A stretch of 64,000 bases of DNA from an uncultured Verrucomicrobiae bacterium (GTDB lineage Bacteria; Verrucomicrobiota; Verrucomicrobiia; Limisphaerales; Palsa-1400). The notes below the pieces were generated by a model. That model saw only the letters and a list, made by a program, of their open reading frames with translations, ran no database searches and was not told the DNA's origin. Positions 10,107 through 19,010 of the stretch are shown one piece after another. A program made the position numbers and the translations under genes. Numbering within the stretch: position 1 is the stretch's first letter; each line of letters begins with the position of its first letter. The DNA is taken from assembly GCA_963764165.1 (NCBI GenBank), contig CAVXRD010000002.1, positions 2,048,001 through 2,112,000 on the forward strand. Direction: 5' to 3'.

Positions 10107-10541
10107 ATGAAACGATTTTTTTTGACCGCAATGGCGTTTATGCTCGTGCTAGCGCCCCTGGGCGGCTCGGCGGGGCAGCCGAAATCATTTGTCAAAGAAA
10201 TGGCATCTCCGTGGCAGGTGTTCGAGTTGCGGGCCGATATTGATTTTCCGCATGCCTGGGATGATGTCTTTGCGCTTCTGGTCAACGACTTCGATATCGC
10301 GGTGGCGCTCAAAGAGGATGGCTATGTCCGCACCGACTGGAACTATTACTACGGCGGCAACTACAATTTCCAATATCGCGTGCGCGTGACAGTGCTATTT
10401 ACGCCGGATAGGAAAACGATGAAAACCAGGGTGGACGCCCAGTTCAAGGATGGAGACAACTGGATTCTCGGGGTTGACTCCCGGCTGCTGGCAACGCTCA
10501 AGACCGACATCATGGGAACCATCGGCCGCACGACTCGTTAA
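10107..10541 (+). CDS. Secreted protein, paralog 2
   Basis: GGAGG ribosome-binding site; signal peptide; shares DGY.RT.W.Y, YRVRVTV.F.PD and KTDIMG..GRTTR with paralog 1. Confidence 0.8.
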   Translation: MKRFFLTAMAFMLVLAPLGGSAGQPKSFVKEMASPWQVFELRADIDFPHAWDDVFALLVNDFDIAVALKEDGYVRTDWNYYYGGNYNFQYRVRVTVLFTPDRKTMKTRVDAQFKDGDNWILGVDSRLLATLKTDIMGTIGRTTR

Positions 10542-10630
10542 GCGGACGGGTGATCAAACTCGCCAGGTTCGCCAGGTCGCCAGTTGCGGCGTGGGTTGCT
10601 TACGCGAGCCTTTTTAGTTATTTTGGTTCA

Positions 10631-10840
10631 ATGAGAGCGGCAGAAGTGATCGACGACATAAGGCAGTTGCCTCCTGCCGAGCAGGCTGAGGTAATTCGAT
10701 TTGCCATAGGTTTGGCTCGAGATCGCCAACTCAGCGGCGAAGAACTCGGACAGTTGGCCGACCAATTAGGCAAATCGGAAGACCCGGCGGAAATCGCGCG
10801 GCTGAGGTCCGCGCTGACGCAAGGTTTTTACGGCGCGTAA
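10631..10840 (+). CDS. Small hypothetical protein, putative antitoxin
   Basis: AAEVIDDIRQLPPAEQAEV N-terminus resembles addiction-module antitoxins; ends 3 bp before its partner. Confidence 0.55.
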   Translation: MRAAEVIDDIRQLPPAEQAEVIRFAIGLARDRQLSGEELGQLADQLGKSEDPAEIARLRSALTQGFYGA

Positions 10841-10843
10841 TTT

Positions 10844-11089
10844 ATGCCCAAGGTGCTGCGCCGAAATATTCCGCCGCAGTTATACGACCATCTGCTGGAC
10901 CGCATCCAACAGCGACAAATCACTGGAAAGGAGGTCGCTCTTCTGGTGAATTGGCTGGATGGTCGACCAGACGTGCCCGACGGTAAATGGTTTAAGAAAT
11001 TTTCCGGCGTGATTGTCTGCGGTGAGGGTGAGCTGATCAAAACATTTCTGGTCCCCGGGCAAGTTCCATTCGGCCAGGAGCTACCGTAG
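10844..11089 (+). CDS. Small hypothetical protein, putative RNase toxin
   Basis: 81 aa; HLLDRIQQRQI motif followed by beta-strands ending IKTF. Confidence 0.55.
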   Translation: MPKVLRRNIPPQLYDHLLDRIQQRQITGKEVALLVNWLDGRPDVPDGKWFKKFSGVIVCGEGELIKTFLVPGQVPFGQELP

Positions 11090-11242
11090 TCGCTCGTGCG
11101 TTGCGGTCAGCTCGCCAACCGCCGCCCCTTATCCGGGGAAAGCTTGCCGGAGCTCTTTCCTGAGTGATCGGCACTCGCACTCAATGGCGGTCCACATGGG
11201 GCCCGTCAAAGTTCATCAAAAGCTTGCGCAGGGATATGCTGT

Positions 11243-12619
11243 TCAATTCGGCGACCAATTCGCGGCCAGGGAGCGGGCGGCTTTTACGCGCTCTAACGCG
11301 GGCTCGTTTGAGTCGGGGCTTTTATCGGCCTGTTCCGCGAGTGCGGCAAGCGCGGCGATGTCCTTCCGGTATTGCTCGCACATGCGTTTATAACTGCGCC
11401 GGTCCTTGGTGCAAACAAGCGTTTGCGGCGAGCCTTTGCGCTCGGTGACATGTGTCATATCCAGTTTGTGGCGTTCGATTTGCTGGTGCAAATGCTGCCG
11501 GCGATCCTGCCGCACGCGAAAGCGATGCGTCTGCTCAGCCAAATCGAGAGTGAATGCCTGCAACTCACGGCAGTCGGCGCAGGAGCAGGAAAGTTTCACC
11601 TCCTGCCGCCAGTCCGTGGGCGCGACTGGCGGATGCCCGCTTCGTGCCAGCAAAAATTCCGTGCTGTGCTCCCAAAGGCGCTTCGTGGCGGCATCCTGTT
11701 TCCCTACCATCCCTAGCGCAGGCACAAGAATGGTCACCGGATCGAACACCTCGGGTCGCGAGGCGAGTTTTTTCGCCGCAGCGCTTCGCAACTCAGGTGC
11801 ATCTAAGTCGCCCAGAACATTTAAGACTTTTGCCACAATGGCTGCATCAACAACGAGAGCTTTCTGGTCCCTCTGCCAGTCCATCCATTCGTCGTCCACT
11901 TTCTTTTTCCCGATTTCATCCAGTTTGCTGACAGCGGTGTGAGCGATCTGGCGCAGAGCCTCCCGAAATGCCGGCTCCGCGGTGGTGCTGCCTTTCCGTG
12001 CAACTGCCTCAAGCAAATCAACGCAAGGCCCGTGCCATTGACCCATGTTCCGGTGAATCAGTTCAGAGAAAAGCTCACCGATTTCTTCGGCATCCAGCCA
12101 CTTGGCGCTGGCCACCAGCGCGGCATTCTCGCTGCCATCATAATTGGGCGTCACCACGTCGGATATAAACTTTTCCAGCAGAGATATTTCGCCGAGTCGA
12201 TTGAGCAGACGCAGCATGCCCTCACGATTCTCGGTTTTCCTATCTCGTCCGTAGCCAGAATAATCAGGCGTCGGCTTCCATGCATTCACGAGCAGCCGCG
12301 CCAATGCCACGGCGTTCGTTCGAGCGCCGGAAGGCGCGCCTTTGGCATCCGCCTTTTCAATGAGCTCCTTTAAGTGAGGAAGCACCGCCGCAACCCCTGC
12401 CTGCAACAGCACCTCGGCGTAACGTTCGCGCCGCCAGATCACCAGCGCCGCGCGATGATACGACCGCTCGAAACTCGCGCCTTCGTTGCCGCTGGCCTCG
12501 GTAAGCCGTTGCACATCGGGCTTTTCGTTGTCCAGAGCGTTGGTGGGAAGAAGCTCGCCTGGCTGCAGCGCGATGGCTCTGTTCGATTCGGCTGGCGCGA
12601 AATTGGCGGGTTTGGCCAT
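11243..12619 (-). pseudogene. C-terminal part of a large 2OG-Fe(II) oxygenase-family protein (N-terminally truncated)
   Basis: EASGNEGASFERSYHRAALVIW and CSCADC...R.HL motifs resemble the C-terminal region of this family; no oxygenase N-domain is present. Confidence 0.55.
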
Positions 12620-12631
12620 GCTGGCGAAAAC

Positions 12632-12972
12632 TCACCGCCAATTGCTTAGGAATTCCAGTCGATCCTTCATCTCCCGTGCGTTTCTTGCTTCAGTCAACTT
12701 GAGCAAGCGCCGCATTTCCTCGCCAATCGACAGCGTTTGCTGGTCGCCCACTATAATTCCTGCGCGATGGCGACCTTGATGTAGCCTAGTGCAGTCGGCA
12801 AAAATCGGAGGCGTTGTAACTCTAGATCGAGCGGCCTTGCAATGCGGCCCATTCCAATTGCTCCTCGTCTGTGCATTGCAACAGCCCTTCCTCTCCCGAT
12901 GACGTCACGTCCAATCCTCGATGACGAAGCGCCCCCTGCAAAGCATGGGAGATGAATCTTAGCGGCGCTCAA
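12632..12972 (-). pseudogene. DUF5615-family PIN-like toxin pseudogene
   Basis: Across frames reads ALRHRGLDVTSS...TDEEQLEWAALQGRSI*SYNASDFCRLH* then GRHRAGIIV...IGEEMRRLLKL...MKDRLEFL; internal stops and frameshifts. Confidence 0.8.
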
Positions 12973-13273
12973 GAGGGCGCAGAGGCCGTGCGTTCAAGAC
13001 TCCGACAGGCTTCCCGCTCTTCCTGAAGATACCCCTCGATCTCCTCTCGGTGGAGATGATAATAGGCGAGCGCGGCGTGGATTTCAGCGGGTGACAGAGT
13101 GGACAGCCGCTGCCCAATCTCCTCGACGGTCAACCCCGATTTCCACCAGCCTGCCACGCGGTGGACGCCAACGCGATGACCATTGATGCGCGGCTTGCCA
13201 TTAAGCGTATCGGGCGAGCGGACGATCATGGCTCCCACAACTCAGTGGCTGCAGCGTCCGTCGCAATACTCAT
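12969..13273 (-). pseudogene. DUF433-family antitoxin (apparent 2-bp frameshift near the 5' end; GTG at 13238 could rescue it)
   Basis: IVRSPDTLNGKPRINGHRV...AEIHAALAYY; the upstream ATG (MSIATDAAATEL) is out of frame. Confidence 0.75.
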
Positions 13274-13433
13274 GCTTTAATTTAGCCGGTGCGGCTGACC
13301 GGTGCAAGCACCGGTGCAGGCCGTTAGAATGAAAATCGATCATGAAAGAAACGACCCCGTTAAGCCACCGCGTAAGCCGGACGGGCCGAAAGCCATCGAC
13401 CCGTCCGGGGCTGTCAAAATAATCACTGCGGGA

Positions 13434-14204
13434 TCACCGATGGCCGCCGGAGACTAGCAGCGTTTCGCCGCTCACCCATGAAGAATCGTCTGAGGCTAGA
13501 TACGCTACGGCCTTGGCGATGTCTTGCGGCTGGCCGATGCGGCCGAGAGGCGCGTTCTTTACGTATTCGGCCGCGAAATCGCCCTCGACAAATCCGGCGG
13601 TGTGCGTGCCTTCGGTCTCAATAAGGCCGGGGCGGACGGCGTTGACGCGAATTTTCTTTGCGCCAAGCTCCTTCGCGAGGGAAATGGTGATCGTGTCCAC
13701 CGCGCCTTTTGTCGCGCTGTAAACCGATCCGTTTGGCGGGGCCAAGGTGCTTACGAGCGAGCTGATGTTCACGATGCTTCCACCTTCGGCGGGGAAGTGT
13801 TTCACCGCTTCCTGGGTCGCGAGCAGCAGGCCAAGCACATTCACATCGAATTGTTTCCGGAAATGTTCCTCGGTGATTTCGGCGAGCGGGGCGAATTCGT
13901 AAACGCCGGCGTTGTTGACAAGGATATCCACTTTGCCAAACGCTTTGACGGACTCGGCGAAGAGCGGCTGGATTTCGGCCTGCTTCGCCACATTGCCTTT
14001 TACCGCGACGGCTTTTCCGCCTTTGGATGCAATTTCGCTGACGACCTTGTCAGCGCCTTCCTTGCTGGTGGAATAATTGACAACCACCGATGCTCCGTCG
14101 GCGGCAAGCTGTTTGGCGATGGCTGCTCCGATGCCTTTCGAGGCACCCGTGACGACGGCGACTTTTCCCGCGAGTTTATTATTATTGTTGTTTTTAGCGC
14201 TCAT
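13434..14204 (-). CDS. SDR-family oxidoreductase (glucose 1-dehydrogenase/FabG-like)
   Basis: TGASKGIG, NNAG and YSATK motifs. Confidence 0.95.
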   Translation of the reverse strand: MSAKNNNNNKLAGKVAVVTGASKGIGAAIAKQLAADGASVVVNYSTSKEGADKVVSEIASKGGKAVAVKGNVAKQAEIQPLFAESVKAFGKVDILVNNAGVYEFAPLAEITEEHFRKQFDVNVLGLLLATQEAVKHFPAEGGSIVNISSLVSTLAPPNGSVYSATKGAVDTITISLAKELGAKKIRVNAVRPGLIETEGTHTAGFVEGDFAAEYVKNAPLGRIGQPQDIAKAVAYLASDDSSWVSGETLLVSGGHR

Positions 14205-14258
14205 AATTTTCTCTCTTTCGATTTCAAGGACGATTTATTGTTAACGTTTCAGGTTAAA

Positions 14259-14277
14259 TGTTACTGTTATAGTAACA
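14259..14277. promoter_or_regulatory. Putative Rrf2 operator TGTTACT-N5-AGTAACA upstream of the SDR gene
   Basis: Perfect inverted repeat; a second copy lies upstream of the Rrf2 gene. Confidence 0.75.
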
Positions 14278-14294
14278 GATAAATTCAAAAAATT

Positions 14295-14711
14295 TTACCG
14301 TTTCACGTCGGACACGATCTGGGCCAGGGTGATTTCAGCCAGGCTTTTTTCCATGGCTTTTTGCGTTGTGGCCAGGGCCTTCTCCAAGGCGGTTTTAATA
14401 TGGCAACTCACGGTGCATTCCTTCTGCTCGGCATAACTGTGAATGGCGAATGCTCTCGGCGCGTCGACGGCGCGGTATATATCCAGCAACGTGATTTTCC
14501 TGGCCTCTTTGCCGAGCCTGCATGTGCCGGATTTGCCGGTCGTGTTCTCCGCCAGCCCGGCTTTGGACAATTTGGCCAGCGTTCGGCGGACGAAACTTGG
14601 GCTTGTGTTCACGCTGGCGGCCAGGCGCGAGGAAGTCAGCCCATCCTCACACGCGCAGGCCAGCCCGGCCATGATGTGAACCGCAATCGAAAATTGAACA
14701 TTCACCGCCAT
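14295..14711 (-). CDS. Rrf2-family transcriptional regulator
   Basis: FSIAVHIM, LAASVNTSPSFVRR..AKL.KAGL and ITLLDIYRAVD motifs. Confidence 0.92.
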   Translation of the reverse strand: MAVNVQFSIAVHIMAGLACACEDGLTSSRLAASVNTSPSFVRRTLAKLSKAGLAENTTGKSGTCRLGKEARKITLLDIYRAVDAPRAFAIHSYAEQKECTVSCHIKTALEKALATTQKAMEKSLAEITLAQIVSDVKR

Positions 14712-14714
14712 AAC

Positions 14715-14733
14715 TGTTACTATAATAGTCACA
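14715..14733. promoter_or_regulatory. Putative Rrf2 autoregulatory operator TGTTACT-N5-AGTCACA
   Basis: Near-perfect inverted repeat immediately upstream of the start codon. Confidence 0.7.
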
Positions 14734-14815
14734 GAATAAATCTTTGCAAGGGCTTTTTTGACAATTTATTTTCATTATCGCTCGCTGCCTCGCGGCGGCG
14801 ACGCAGTTGAAATTG

Positions 14816-14962
14816 GGGAGCGCGACCGTCCCGACCGCCGTCTTCGGCGTCCCGCTGAAGACATCTTGCGCGGCTAATAAATCATCGACGATGAATCCAC
14901 ATTTTTCGCCAGAGCCAGTCGGCGGGACTCCGACTGGAGGCGACCGAGACGGTCGCGCTCCC
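14816..14962. repeat. REP-like palindromic element (GGGAGCGCGACCGTC...GACGGTCGCGCTCCC)
   Basis: 15-bp terminal inverted repeat with internal hairpins; intergenic. Confidence 0.8.
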
Positions 14963-14986
14963 TTTTTTTAACTGCGTCGTCCCCGC

Positions 14987-16291
14987 TTACCGGTGGCCGA
15001 AATGGCGGCGTTGTCCTTGCGACCGTGGATTCGGGCGGCGGAAGCTGCGCTGGCTGCCGTTCGAGGGCCTGCTGCCCTGCCGGGCAGGATTTTGCGGCGA
15101 GGCCTGGCTGCGGCCGCGCGGTTGCTGGCGGTTGCCTTCGGATTGCGCGGGCGCGGCGGCAGTGTAATCGAATCCCTCTGCGCGCTTGCGCACGATGCCG
15201 CGTCCGATGAAACGCTCCACCGTTCGCAATTCGCCCTGATCCTCCGGCGTTACGAAACTGATCGCATCCCCCACAGCCTGCGCGCGTCCCGTGCGTCCAA
15301 TGCGGTGGACGTAATCCTCGGCGTGCATCGGAAAATCGTAATTGACGACATGGGAAATTCCGTCCACGTCAATGCCTCGTGCCGCGATGTCCGTCGCAAT
15401 CAGCACCCGCACCTCGCCGGATTTGAAATCCTTCAACGCCCGCAGCCGCTGGCTTTGGGAGCGGTTGGAATGCAGCGCCGCCGTGCGAATGCCCTTTTGC
15501 TCGAGATGGCGGGCGATGCGATCCGCGCTGTGCTTCATCCGGGAAAAAACGAGCACCATGTCCATTTGCGGATCGCGCAGCAGATGCAGCAGCAATGCCG
15601 ACTTCAAATGCCGAGGCACTTCGTAAATGAGCTGGGTCACCGTCTCGGCCGGGTTTGACCGCCGGCCAATTTGCACAAGTTTGGGGGCCCGTTGGAACTC
15701 GTGAGTGAGTGATTCAATCTCCTTCGAAAGCGTGGCGGAGAAGAGCAGCGTCTGCCGCTTCTCCGGCAACTGGCGCACGATGCTGCGGATGGCCGGCAGG
15801 AAACCCATGTCAAGCATCCGGTCCGCTTCATCAAGCACGAGAAATTGCAGTCCGGAGAAGTCGCCATTGCGCCGGCCGGTCAAGTCCAGAAGCCGCCCCG
15901 GGCAGGCAATGATGACATTCGCGCCCGAGCGCAGGGCCTGGATTTGCGGATGCTCTCCGACGCCGCCGAAAACCGTGGCCACCGTGAGCGGCAAATGGCT
16001 CGCATAGGCGCGAATGTTTTCCGCAATCTGCAGGACAAGTTCCCGCGTCGGAGCGAGGATCAGGACGCGCGTCCCGCGCAGAGCCCCCGGAGGCAAAGCC
16101 GCCAGCTTGGTGAGCATGGGCAGCGTGAACGCCGCCGTTTTGCCCGTGCCCGTCTGGGCGATGCCAATCAGGTCATGGCCCGCGATTATTTGCGGAATGG
16201 CCGCGGCCTGAATGGGCGTGGGTTCGGTATAGCCGGCTTCCTGGACCGCTTTCAATATTCTTGCATCAAGCCCTAAGGCGCGAAATGGCAT
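14987..16291 (-). CDS. rhlE: DEAD-box RNA helicase (RhlE-like)
   Basis: Q motif, AQTGTGKT, DEAD, SAT and HRIGRTGR motifs; basic C-terminal tail. Confidence 0.93.
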   Translation of the reverse strand: MPFRALGLDARILKAVQEAGYTEPTPIQAAAIPQIIAGHDLIGIAQTGTGKTAAFTLPMLTKLAALPPGALRGTRVLILAPTRELVLQIAENIRAYASHLPLTVATVFGGVGEHPQIQALRSGANVIIACPGRLLDLTGRRNGDFSGLQFLVLDEADRMLDMGFLPAIRSIVRQLPEKRQTLLFSATLSKEIESLTHEFQRAPKLVQIGRRSNPAETVTQLIYEVPRHLKSALLLHLLRDPQMDMVLVFSRMKHSADRIARHLEQKGIRTAALHSNRSQSQRLRALKDFKSGEVRVLIATDIAARGIDVDGISHVVNYDFPMHAEDYVHRIGRTGRAQAVGDAISFVTPEDQGELRTVERFIGRGIVRKRAEGFDYTAAAPAQSEGNRQQPRGRSQASPQNPARQGSRPSNGSQRSFRRPNPRSQGQRRHFGHR

Positions 16292-16394
16292 GGCGCCACA
16301 GCATGGCATGGTTCCAGCAGATAGCACGCGCAAATCTAATCTTCCGAAACGACCGTTCCAAAATCTCTCATCTGGCAACGTTCGAGCCAACGTG

Positions 16395-17258
16395 TCATCG
16401 CTCCATTGTGTACATTTTTTTAACGGGTTGCTCCGCCAAGGGTGGATTTTGCCGTGTCAACACAATGCCAGAAAAGCGCCACTTTTTTAGAAAATCCTCA
16501 TGGGTCATGCGGTCGAGGCCGTTCAAGGGATCGCCCACGATGACTTCCTTGTCCGTGACTTCAAGGACCGTGACAAAGTGGTCCACCAAAAAGCCGAATT
16601 TGATGACTGCAAGCGTCAGCCCGGCCTGCCTTAATTCCGAAATGTCCTTGAAGACCCGATATTCGGCGCTCAAACCGTCTTTGTGATACTCCGTTTGCAA
16701 CGCGCCAGCCAAAATGTCTGGCTCCGTTCCAGTCTTGGAACTTGTGTAAGATAGAATGGATATTTTTGATTCCTCTGCCAGCAGGCCCAATTTACGCAGA
16801 CCCGTGACGGCCGAGGCCGGCCCGCACGTGTACCCAGTAGTTTGCAGGCAAACGCCGTCCTCGTCCATGCGCGTTTGAAGGTGCGCGAGTTGCTGGCGGT
16901 CTGCCAGCGGCGCGAAAAAGGGCCAAAGCGACTTCACAAAAACGAACACCACCATGAACAGGCCTACAAAGATTCGATCCCTTCTTCGTGGCATTCGTGA
17001 AAGTGGCGTCGTCAAAACCATGGTTGTCACGAAACCGAGCACCGCGTATTTTCGCAGCCCGATTAACATCCATGAGGCTGGCGGGTTGAATGCCAAAGCC
17101 GGATAAACCAGCGCAAAACGGTACATCAGAACGAGGGCAAGTGGAATGAAGTAGCCAAGCATCCAATACGGTTTCGGCCGGCGCGAAAACCAATGTCCTA
17201 GCAACGCTCCCGCGCCTGCGGCCAAAGTCGCCATGAGTGCTCCAAGCAACAAATTCAT
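16395..17258 (-). CDS. Membrane-anchored C39-family cysteine peptidase
   Basis: Four N-terminal TM segments; QTTGYTCGPAS, HFVTV and GDP motifs. Confidence 0.8.
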   Translation of the reverse strand: MNLLLGALMATLAAGAGALLGHWFSRRPKPYWMLGYFIPLALVLMYRFALVYPALAFNPPASWMLIGLRKYAVLGFVTTMVLTTPLSRMPRRRDRIFVGLFMVVFVFVKSLWPFFAPLADRQQLAHLQTRMDEDGVCLQTTGYTCGPASAVTGLRKLGLLAEESKISILSYTSSKTGTEPDILAGALQTEYHKDGLSAEYRVFKDISELRQAGLTLAVIKFGFLVDHFVTVLEVTDKEVIVGDPLNGLDRMTHEDFLKKWRFSGIVLTRQNPPLAEQPVKKMYTMER

Positions 17259-17604
17259 ATTGGCCTCTTTCTTTGAACAATTTCTATTTCTTCCCGCAGA
17301 AAAGTGGAACAAGATGTTCTCTGGCATTCTCTGCTTTCAATTTTCATAGTCTATCATATACTATCACTTCGTGTATAAAAGCAAGCACAATGTTGTAAAC
17401 TACAGTAAATGGATCATTATTGGAGCCGAGCCAACTGTTTTAGCCATGAAAGGCACGATTCACAGGAAGATTAAATGGCGTTCGCTCCGGGAGGCGGCCG
17501 GCGCAGGCAATTCGATGTTTTACTGCCGGATGCGCGATGGCAAAGTCGCGTTCCGTGAAGCCGGTGACAACTTTGACTCGCTCTCGCAATGCTGCAAAGC
17601 CAGC

Positions 17605-18392
17605 ATGAACTCAATAATTTATCGGCGGCGCGCGGCGTTTACGCGGATTGAGCTGGTCGTGGTAATTTTCATCCTCGCAATCTTATTTTGGGATATTGAA
17701 TCCATGACTGCAACAACCGGCGCAAAGCGTCGAGCACAGCGAATCTCTTGTATTAACAATCTCAAACAAATTGGAACTGCATATCGCCTTTGGGCAGACG
17801 ATCATGGCGGTCGTGCTCCGGCCTCGCAGTCCATGAGTAATGGCGGCTGGTCCGAGTTTCTCGCCAATCCCGGCCAAGGCGCGAACTGTTGGACGAATTA
17901 CGCCATTCTGGCCGACCATCTCGGTCTCAGCCCGAAATTGGTAATATGCCCCTCAGACGATCGTATTGCAGCGCGCGAGTTCGGTTGCTACGCCAAGGCA
18001 AATAATCTGCGAACCGATTGTTTCCAGAACAACAGCAACCTCTCCTATTTCGTGGGTGTGAGCGCAGATACGAAGTGGCCACGTTCATTGCTTTCAGGTG
18101 ACCGCAATTTGGGCGGTGGCCTGCAGCCAGATTCCGAATTCGGCTATTCCCCGACAAACGGAAGCGGAAACGACATTGCTCTCCCAATCACCGGTCCTGC
18201 TGCATGGTCGTTGAAGATGCACTCCTCCGACAAACCTGCGGGTGCCGGAAATATTTTGATGGGTGATGGCAGCGCGCAACAGGTTCCAGCGCCAGTTTCA
18301 ACAAGACTTGGTTGCGCGATGCAGCCCCCACAACAAATTGGCCCGCCGGTCGCGTTCCAGCAACCGAATCCATCCGCCTGGTTTTTCCATAA
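17605..18392 (+). pseudogene. Prepilin-type N-terminal cleavage/methylation protein with a frameshift near 18285
   Basis: AFTRIELVVV, CINNLKQIG and H...GNILMGDGS motifs; the family-like tail (...IRLVFP*) lies in another frame. Confidence 0.7.
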
Positions 18393-18480
18393 CTGCAAAT
18401 CGCTGATTGTGGGGCCGTTGGAAATTGACTCGAAAGGATTTGTGGATCGCGCATGATGGGCGGATGCAATCTCCTGGCAG

Positions 18481-18853
18481 GTGCGTTTCATGATATTGCC
18501 AATCGTCACCCGTGAATTGCGCGTGGCGGCGCGGCGGCGGAGAACGTATTGCGGGCGCATGGTGGTCGCGGCTGTCTGGGCGGCCTCTCGCGGTGCGGGG
18601 AGCTTTTGAAGCGCAGATTGGCAAAGCCTTCTTCGGCGTGCTCGCCATCGGGATGTCCATTTGGGCCATCGTGTCCGGCTGGGCTGGCTATGACACATTG
18701 AGCTCCGAAAAACGCGAGGGGACGCTCGGATTCCTCTTCTTGACTAATTTGACCGGAACCGATGTCGTGCTGGGAAAATTGGTCTCGATTGCGCTGCCTG
18801 CGTTTGGCAGGAGAGCTTCGCCTCCGCTTTCGGCGCTGGGTCGTTCCGAATAG
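18481..18853 (+). pseudogene. ABC-2-type permease fragment (frameshifted and truncated)
   Basis: LPIVTRELRVAARRRRTY, then after a frameshift LSSEKREGTLGFLFLTNL...VVLGKL. Confidence 0.75.
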
Positions 18854-19010
18854 CCTCCTGGCCCGTTAGCGATGGTGTCAACTAAAAGCCGCGGCCGGCG
18901 GCATTGTACCGTCTCACACGAACAGCAATTGGATTACGGATCAAAATCCACCGCTGGCGGGGCGCACACCCCATCGGATTCACTGCGGCGGCAGCTATAG
19001 TGGAGGGAGT

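Noticed and set aside
9400..13330. Integron cassette array
   Set aside because: No convincing paired attC sites and no integron integrase.
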